From NCBI GenBank assembly GCA_964454175.1, contig CAYVSA010000052.1, forward strand, positions 1-14,053: 14,053 nucleotides of DNA, in the 5' to 3' direction. Every line of letters starts with the position of its first letter. Positions within the stretch are counted from its first letter, which is position 1. This stretch comes from an uncultured Pseudomonadota bacterium. Lineage in GTDB: Bacteria > BMS3Abin14. Both the position numbers and the translations under genes were made by a program. Shown piece by piece: positions 8,430-14,053 of this stretch. The notes beneath the pieces were generated by a model. It worked only from the letters and a program-made list of their open reading frames with translations. It did no database searches and was not told the origin of the DNA.

Positions 8430-9560
8430 ATGGGTCAAAAAAGAGACTATTATGAGATCCTGAAGGTTGCCAGGGAGTCTTCCGGGGAGGAGATCAAGCA
8501 GTCTTACAGACAGCTTGCCATACAGTACCACCCCGACCGAAACCCCGGAGACGCAGAGGCGGAAGAAAAGTTCAAGGAACTTTCAGAGGCCTACTCGATC
8601 CTGTCTGATCAGGAAAAAAGGGGCGTCTACGACAGGTTCGGACACGCCGGGCTGGCTGGCAACGGCGGGTTTCATGGCGGGTTCGATTTCGGCAACTCCT
8701 TCGCGGATGTTTTTTCTGATCTTTTCGCGGACTTTTTCGGTACGGGCAGATCTCGGGGCAGGTCCAGGGGTATCAGGGGCGATGACCTGAGGTATCGTAT
8801 GGATATATCCTTTGAAGAGGCGGCATTCGGAACCGAGAAGCTGATAAAGTATCCACGGCTGACGGAGTGCGAAAGGTGCCTCGGTGATGGTATCGAACCG
8901 GGCCACAATCCAGTTGAGTGCACTGTGTGTTCAGGTATGGGCGAGGTACAGTTCCAGCAGGGATTCTTTACAATGTCAAGAACCTGCCCCGGCTGCGGGG
9001 GCAGAGGCCGGGTTATCGAAGATCCCTGTACGGAGTGCAGGGGGGAGGCAAGGGTTCAGGATGAAGCCTCCATCACAGTAAAGGTCCCGGCCGGTGTTGG
9101 CGACGGAACAAGATTGCGGTTACAGGGCGAAGGTGACGGCGGCCTGGCCGGCGGAGGCTCAGGGGACCTTTTTGTCCTCCTTGAGATCAGACCCCACCCC
9201 CTGTTTGACAGAGATGGCGCTGATGTCATGTGTGAGATTCCCATCAGGATGGATCTGGCAGCCCTTGGAGGGACCATCGAAGTCCCTACCATGGACGGTA
9301 TCGTAGATTTCAAGATACCGCAGGGGACCCAGTCCGGGCAGGTATTTAAATTCAAGGGGAAAGGGGCCAGGAATCTTCGTGGTTCAAGTCGCGGCCACCA
9401 GTACGTCAGAGTTACCGTTGAGACCCCTTCGAAACTTACCAGGAAACAAAAGGAGCTCCTCAAGGAGTTTGAACAGGGGTCTAAGCCCGGTGCTTACAAA
9501 GCAGTCAAAGAGTTTACCGCGAGATCGAAAAAATACGCCTCCGGTCAAAAAAAGGACTGA
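8430..9560 (+). CDS. dnaJ: Chaperone DnaJ (class A)
   Basis: J-domain with HPD (YHPDRN), G/F-rich region, four CxxCxGx(G/A) zinc motifs, C-terminal domains. Confidence 0.98.
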   Translation: MGQKRDYYEILKVARESSGEEIKQSYRQLAIQYHPDRNPGDAEAEEKFKELSEAYSILSDQEKRGVYDRFGHAGLAGNGGFHGGFDFGNSFADVFSDLFADFFGTGRSRGRSRGIRGDDLRYRMDISFEEAAFGTEKLIKYPRLTECERCLGDGIEPGHNPVECTVCSGMGEVQFQQGFFTMSRTCPGCGGRGRVIEDPCTECRGEARVQDEASITVKVPAGVGDGTRLRLQGEGDGGLAGGGSGDLFVLLEIRPHPLFDRDGADVMCEIPIRMDLAALGGTIEVPTMDGIVDFKIPQGTQSGQVFKFKGKGARNLRGSSRGHQYVRVTVETPSKLTRKQKELLKEFEQGSKPGAYKAVKEFTARSKKYASGQKKD

Positions 9561-9640
9561 TGTACTCCAGCCGGTGCATGGTGATGGCGCAACTTCCTTC
9601 CGGAAGCTCCACGGGGCCTGCTTTCAGTTAATTACCCTCC

Positions 9641-9680
9641 TTGATAAATTCAGATCTTTTATGTAAAAATATGGTAGATT
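9641..9680 (+). promoter_or_regulatory. Candidate promoter(s) for the MCP gene
   Basis: AT-rich tract containing TTGATA (9641)-17-TAAAAA (9664) and an extended -10, TG-g-TAGATT (9672-9680). Confidence 0.4.
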
Positions 9681-9812
9681 TATTACCTTGCCCGGAGCGG
9701 AAGCCATTTCCGGTCTGTAAAAACAGTTTCCGGCAGGGACAAGCAGGCCTTCCACCAGTGGGCCAGGTTGTTTTTGCTTCCTTCCTTGCCAGTTCCAAGA
9801 GGTAAATACTTA
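9681..9812 (+). other. Candidate structured 5' leader RNA with alternative pairings
   Basis: Several nested stems, plus two copies of CCTTGCC (9686-9692 and 9784-9790) that are both complementary to GGCAGGG (9732-9738). Confidence 0.45.
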
Positions 9813-11954
9813 ATGAAAGGCCAGAATATCGGAAACACTGCTGTTGTCCAGGAGCCGGAGAAAAAGCAAAAAGTCAAACGCCGCAGGGGTGAGATCAGGA
9901 TCGGATGGAAAATTACTTCGATCATAACCCTTGTATTCACTATTCTTGCCATAAGCAACATCCTGTTTATTCGCCACCGGCTTCAGACGGTAATGGAGAA
10001 GGAGTTCAAGAGTAAGGCCAAGGCTATAGCGCTTTCGCTGGCCAGCGCAAGTGAGGATAAACTGCTTTCCGGCAATATCGAGAGTATCCAGTATCTGGTG
10101 GAAAGCAACGCAAATATCTTTGGAGTCAAATACGTTTACGTGAATAACGACAAGGACGAGGCGGTGGCTCACACCTTCGGCGATGAGTTTCCCACGGAAA
10201 TTATGGACCTGAACCCGGTGTCGGCCGATGCGGAGTACACCATGGCCGAGATAGACAAGAAATCTGTCGGCAGGGTTCTGGAAGTGGGAGTGCCCATACT
10301 CTTTGGAGTGGCTGGACATGCCCATGTTGGTATGGACCGGGATCTTATCATCGGTGAAATGGCCTCCATGACCAACCAGCTCATTTTCCAGTTTGCAGGG
10401 GCATTTATATTAGGAGTCATCCTCCTGCACCTGGCGGTCAGATATTTTCTGAAGCCGATGAACGCCATTCTCGTCGTTCTGAAAAATGCCGGCGGCGGGG
10501 ATCTGACGGGAAGATTGAACATTAATACCAGAGATGAGTTCATGGTCCTTGCCGAGGGCCTTAACGGTATGCTGGAAAGTCTCAGCGGGATCATCAACAG
10601 GGTGAGGCGATCCTTTATCAGCATCTCCCAGGCCAACGAAAAGATCTCACAGGTGTACACAGTCATACTGAGCGGCACCCAGAAGCAGGCCGACCTCGCC
10701 GCTGAGACCGAAGGGTTCGTCAAACTCACGAAGGAAATGATAGACGATGTTAACTCTGCGACCCAGGTGCTGGAAAATTCAGCAACTACAAGTTTTTCCA
10801 GCGTCATGGAAATGGGCGCTTCCGTGGAAGAGGTTTCCGCTATGTCAGACTCTTTGTTCCAATCGGTCCGGGAGTCGAACCAGGCGCTGGAGGAGATGTC
10901 TGCATCGATAAACGAGATCTCCGCAACCCTGCTCAGCCTGTCCAGCACAACCGATGACACCCTCAGCGCCATGAACGAGATGGGGGCGTCCATCATGCAG
11001 GTCAGGGAAAACGCAAGGGGGGCATCTGAGGATTCCATCAAGATGACGGAAACAGCGAAGGAGGGCAAAGAGCATTCTGAAGCCGCTACCGAAGGTGCTC
11101 TGGCGATCAAGGAAAGCTCGGCTCTGGTGAGTTCCCTCGTTTCCACGGTTAGTGAAAGGGTTGAGGAGATTGACGAGATCATCAGCTTCATTACCGACAT
11201 TACAGGCAAGACAAACCTCCTCGCCCTGAACGCTGCCATCATAGCCGCCCAGGCAGGGTCTCATGGTAAGGGTTTCGGTGTGGTTGCGGACGAGATCAAC
11301 GAACTTGCCCACAACACCAAGGCACAGACAAACCGGATCGCCGGAGTGATCGAGGGGATCCTTGACGAAGTGTCGCAGGTTGACAGCGCTGTACGTGAAT
11401 CGGTGTCAAGGGTCGAGGCCGGCGTGCACCTTACGCAGCAGGCTGGGTCATCCCTGGAAAAGATACTGAACAGCACGAGCCTTGTATCCGACAGGGTCGA
11501 GGAGATCGCTCAAACGACATCAGAGCAGTCCAAAACAAGCCAGAGGGTGATCGAGAGTACCGAGCATCTCACGGAATCAACAAAGAATATTAAAGAAGCC
11601 GGCCAGAAGCAGTCTGAGAGCAGCGAAAAGATCCTGGCAATGTCCCGAAGGATCGAGGACGTTGCCCAGAAAGTAAAGAACAGCACCCAGGAGCAGACCC
11701 AGACCAGTCAGCAGATCAACGAGGATCTCACCAGAATTGACGAAACGGTGAAAAACATTGCTGACTCTACCGAAAAACAGGCCGAGAGCGGCGCCAAGGT
11801 ACTGAAAATGACCGGAGATCTGGCTGAAGTGATCAAAGTCAACAAGGATGCCGTTTTGAGCCTGAGGGAGGTTATTGATGATCTCTCCGGCAGGATGGGC
11901 GCCCTCCAGTCAGAGCTGGGAACCTTTGTGCTGGGTGATAGTGAGGATGGTTGA
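9813..11954 (+). CDS. Methyl-accepting chemotaxis protein with long signalling domain, ~713 aa
   Basis: Two TM helices flanking a Cache-like sensor, HAMP ([25 protein letters not shown]), hairpin tip [32 protein letters not shown] 9813 with AGAGGT RBS is preferred over TTG 9768. Confidence 0.95.
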   Translation: MKGQNIGNTAVVQEPEKKQKVKRRRGEIRIGWKITSIITLVFTILAISNILFIRHRLQTVMEKEFKSKAKAIALSLASASEDKLLSGNIESIQYLVESNANIFGVKYVYVNNDKDEAVAHTFGDEFPTEIMDLNPVSADAEYTMAEIDKKSVGRVLEVGVPILFGVAGHAHVGMDRDLIIGEMASMTNQLIFQFAGAFILGVILLHLAVRYFLKPMNAILVVLKNAGGGDLTGRLNINTRDEFMVLAEGLNGMLESLSGIINRVRRSFISISQANEKISQVYTVILSGTQKQADLAAETEGFVKLTKEMIDDVNSATQVLENSATTSFSSVMEMGASVEEVSAMSDSLFQSVRESNQALEEMSASINEISATLLSLSSTTDDTLSAMNEMGASIMQVRENARGASEDSIKMTETAKEGKEHSEAATEGALAIKESSALVSSLVSTVSERVEEIDEIISFITDITGKTNLLALNAAIIAAQAGSHGKGFGVVADEINELAHNTKAQTNRIAGVIEGILDEVSQVDSAVRESVSRVEAGVHLTQQAGSSLEKILNSTSLVSDRVEEIAQTTSEQSKTSQRVIESTEHLTESTKNIKEAGQKQSESSEKILAMSRRIEDVAQKVKNSTQEQTQTSQQINEDLTRIDETVKNIADSTEKQAESGAKVLKMTGDLAEVIKVNKDAVLSLREVIDDLSGRMGALQSELGTFVLGDSEDG

Positions 11955-11976
11955 TCGAAGACCACCGAGCCCAAGA

Positions 11977-12002
11977 GCCCCTTCGGCAAGCTCAGGGCAG
12001 GC
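11977..12002 (+). repeat. REP-like short dispersed element GCCCCTTCGGCAAGCTCAGGGCAGGC
   Basis: Short imperfect palindrome (CCCT...AGGG) between convergent genes. It resembles a CCCTTCGRCAAGCTCAGG motif I recall from intergenic DNA of many bacteria (not verified). Confidence 0.55.
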
Positions 12003-12071
12003 AAGGTCCAGGATTCAAGATCCAAAAACCAGGGTCCAGTGCCCATCACCTGTAACCTGATTTCCAATCAC
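12002..12071 (-). repeat. Highly degenerate heptamer array
   Basis: + strand units caaggtc caggatt caagatc caaaaac cagggtc cagtgcc catcacc tgtaacc tgatttc caatcac; CA recurs at 7-nt period in 8 of 10 units. Confidence 0.7.
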
Positions 12072-13585
12072 TGATACAGATCCAGCACCGGTCTGAACTG
12101 AAGTGCTTCGGCGATGTGGGCCTCCCCCGGCCTTGAGGCGCCCTCAAGGTCAGCGATGGTCCTGGCAACCCTGAGGGTACGGTGGTATCCGCGTGCTGTA
12201 AGACCCATGGTTCTGACCGCCTCTGCCAGGAGACTTTTTAGATTTCCATCCACCGGACACCAGGACTCGAGTTCCCCGGGCGAGAGGAATGCGTTCAGAT
12301 CGGATGTACTGTCACCTGTGCGCTCTGCCTGGCGTTGTCTGGCGATGATAACCCTTTTCCTGATCTCCAGGGATGCTTCGCCGGCAGAGGAATCTGATAT
12401 CTTGTCCGGGCTCAGACCAGACACCTCGACTACCATGTCGATCCGGTCCAGCAGGGGCCCTGAAATTCGCCGATGATATCTGTTAACAGCAGATGGCGGA
12501 CAGACGCAGGGTCTCTGTGTATGTCCGAAAAACCCGCAGGGACATGGATTTGTGGCGCCCAGCAATGTAAAGCGCGCAGGGAAGCTGGCCGTCCTGGCAG
12601 CTCTTGAAATTACTACCTTCCCATCCTCCAGCGGCTGTCTCAGGCTCTCAAGGGCGGATCTGGAAAACTCCGACATCTCGTCTAAAAACAGGACACCGCA
12701 GTGAGCGAGGGTGACTTCTCCCGGCCTTATATTGGTTCCGCCTCCTACGAGGCCGATGTTGGAAATTGTGTGGTGGGGGGCACGGAAGGGTGGAATAGTA
12801 ACCAGACCCTGGGAAGGGGAAAGCATCCCTGCAACGCTGTGTATGGCTGTGACCTGTAGAGACTCTTCAGGAGGGAGTGGCGGCAGGAGGCTCGGGAGCC
12901 TCCTTGCCAGCATGGATTTTCCTGATCCTGGAGGTCCGATCATAAGAGCGTTGTGGCCGCCGGCAGCCGCGATCTCCATGGCTCTCCTGGGCAGTTCCTG
13001 CCCCTTGACTTCAGACATGTCCGGCATGCGTACGGTTTTCCGGACGGGGCGTGCGGAAGGGCTCTCAAGCTTTCTGTTGCCGCGCAGGAATTCGATCGCC
13101 TCAGAAAGCCTTTCCACGGGAAGGGCCATTGAGTTGGCAACCAGTGACGCCTCGGCGGCCATCCCCGGCGGCAGGATTATACCCTCCAGGCCTGCATTCC
13201 TTGCTAGAAGTGCCGCTGGAAAGCACGCCTCCTTCCCAACCACCTCACCTGTGAGAGAAAGCTCACCTATGACTAGAAATCCCGCAAGCGCATCATTTGG
13301 GAAAGCGCCCAGCGCTGAGAGAATACCCAGGGCTATGGGAAGGTCGAAGCGGCTGCCCTCTTTTTTCAGGTCGGCAGGAGCCAGATTAACCGTGATACGC
13401 CTGGGCGGCAGCTTGTAGCCTGAATTCCTGAGGGCAGCGAGGACACGCTCCCGGCTCTCCCTTACAGCTGTGTCACCCAGGCCCACAATGGAAAGACCGG
13501 GAAGCCCTCCTGCCAGGTCAAGCTCCACCAGAACTGGTACGGCCTCCAGGCCGTTGATAGTGCACGAGAGAATTCTTGATACCAT
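12068..13585 (-). CDS. comM: YifB/ComM family AAA+ ATPase (Mg-chelatase-like DNA helicase)
   Basis: IVGLGDTAVRESRERV, ITVNLAPADLKKEGSRFDLPIA, Walker A GPPGSGKS, PFRAPHHT, GVLFLDE, NPCPCG, ISGPLLDRID, RVARTIADL. Confidence 0.96.
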   Translation of the reverse strand: MVSRILSCTINGLEAVPVLVELDLAGGLPGLSIVGLGDTAVRESRERVLAALRNSGYKLPPRRITVNLAPADLKKEGSRFDLPIALGILSALGAFPNDALAGFLVIGELSLTGEVVGKEACFPAALLARNAGLEGIILPPGMAAEASLVANSMALPVERLSEAIEFLRGNRKLESPSARPVRKTVRMPDMSEVKGQELPRRAMEIAAAGGHNALMIGPPGSGKSMLARRLPSLLPPLPPEESLQVTAIHSVAGMLSPSQGLVTIPPFRAPHHTISNIGLVGGGTNIRPGEVTLAHCGVLFLDEMSEFSRSALESLRQPLEDGKVVISRAARTASFPARFTLLGATNPCPCGFFGHTQRPCVCPPSAVNRYHRRISGPLLDRIDMVVEVSGLSPDKISDSSAGEASLEIRKRVIIARQRQAERTGDSTSDLNAFLSPGELESWCPVDGNLKSLLAEAVRTMGLTARGYHRTLRVARTIADLEGASRPGEAHIAEALQFRPVLDLYQ

Positions 13586-13596
13586 TGGCCAGGTCC

Positions 13597-13986
13597 TTAC
13601 AGCCCTCGAAAATCAAAGGCGTTTTCAATGTGGCTCATTCGAGGTTTTCTGCCGTTTACGAGAGTTATTCCGATAACATCAATTCGGCAGGGCGGCTCAC
13701 CCAGATTGTTCTTCATCAGGTAGTAACGAGCAGCATTAATTATCCGGGATGCTTTTTTGTGATCCACAGTTTCAAGTGGGTCAGTGAGTAAGGGGTCCCT
13801 TCGTGTCCTGACCTCAACGAAGAAGATGGTCTCACCCTTCCGGGCGATGATGTCGATCTCTCCCATCTTGCACGAGTAGTTCCGGGCGAGGATCCGATAG
13901 CACCTCAGGCGGAGGTAACGGGTCGCGAGTTTTTCACCGATCCGTCCCGTCGCCAGATGGGCTGGTTGGGTGGTGGGTTTGAACAT
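13597..13986 (-). CDS. yraN: YraN family (UPF0102) PD-(D/E)XK nuclease
   Basis: G..GE..A..YL, ILARNY..KMGEIDIIA, FFVEVRTR, CRIDVIGI, HIENAF; 11 bp upstream of comM. Confidence 0.95.
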   Translation of the reverse strand: MFKPTTQPAHLATGRIGEKLATRYLRLRCYRILARNYSCKMGEIDIIARKGETIFFVEVRTRRDPLLTDPLETVDHKKASRIINAARYYLMKNNLGEPPCRIDVIGITLVNGRKPRMSHIENAFDFRGL

Positions 13987-13998
13987 ACCCCGTTAAAC

Positions 13999-14014
13999 TG
14001 CAAGCTGGATGCCA
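13999..14014 (-). promoter_or_regulatory. sigma54 (RpoN) -24/-12 promoter
   Basis: Minus strand reads TGGCAT-CCAGC-TTGCA versus consensus TGGCAC-N5-TTGCW, with exact GG-N10-GC spacing. Confidence 0.75.
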
Positions 14015-14035
14015 GGTTGGTGAGGGGGCGTTTAG

Positions 14036-14053
14036 GTATCGAAGTATCGAAGT
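14036..14053. repeat. Octamer tandem repeat, truncated by the window end
   Basis: GTATCGAA GTATCGAA GT. Confidence 0.5.

Noticed and set aside
9558-9584. Selenocysteine readthrough of TGA stops (dnaJ, first ABC ATPase, MCP, comM)
   Set aside because: The proteins are complete at their stops. dnaJ readthrough meets another TGA after 7 codons, and no convincing SECIS or Cys-aligned position was seen.
9593-9625. Intrinsic terminator after dnaJ (CTTCC/GGAAG)
   Set aside because: Short stem with no adjacent U-tract.
9768-9812. TTG start for the MCP given in the ORF track
   Set aside because: ATG 9813 has a well-spaced AGAGGT RBS, and the extension lies in the putative leader.
1613-13418. Long antisense ORFs (1613..2485, 4804..5481, 10169..11242, 12711..13418 and others)
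   Set aside because: Shadow frames opposite well-conserved genes, with no recognisable motifs.
13800-13830. YraN EVR instead of EVK as an inactivated nuclease
   Set aside because: To my knowledge EVR occurs in many YraN proteins, so it is not evidence of inactivation.

Overview
Chromosomal housekeeping window from a moderately GC-rich bacterium. The chemoreceptor type, sigma54 site and tRNA-Sec suggest a deltaproteobacterium-like lineage (inference). + strand: tRNA-Sec (selC), uvrA, two peptide-type ABC ATPases (DppD/DppF-like, no permease), hemW, a CIRCE-controlled hrcA-grpE-dnaJ cluster lacking dnaK, and a long methyl-accepting chemotaxis protein (MCP). - strand: yraN-comM (yifB). The most unusual signals are non-coding. 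(i) Degenerate 7-nt tandem arrays occur in four intergenic regions; two form a ~100-bp composite element in inverted copies bracketing uvrA and differ by exactly two heptamers. (ii) The MCP has a switch-like structured leader. (iii) A near-consensus sigma54 promoter implies an essentially leaderless yraN-comM mRNA. (iv) A promoter points at the first base of tRNA-Sec. (v) The second ABC ATPase probably starts at CTG. All calls were read by eye; no database searches or folding programs were run.
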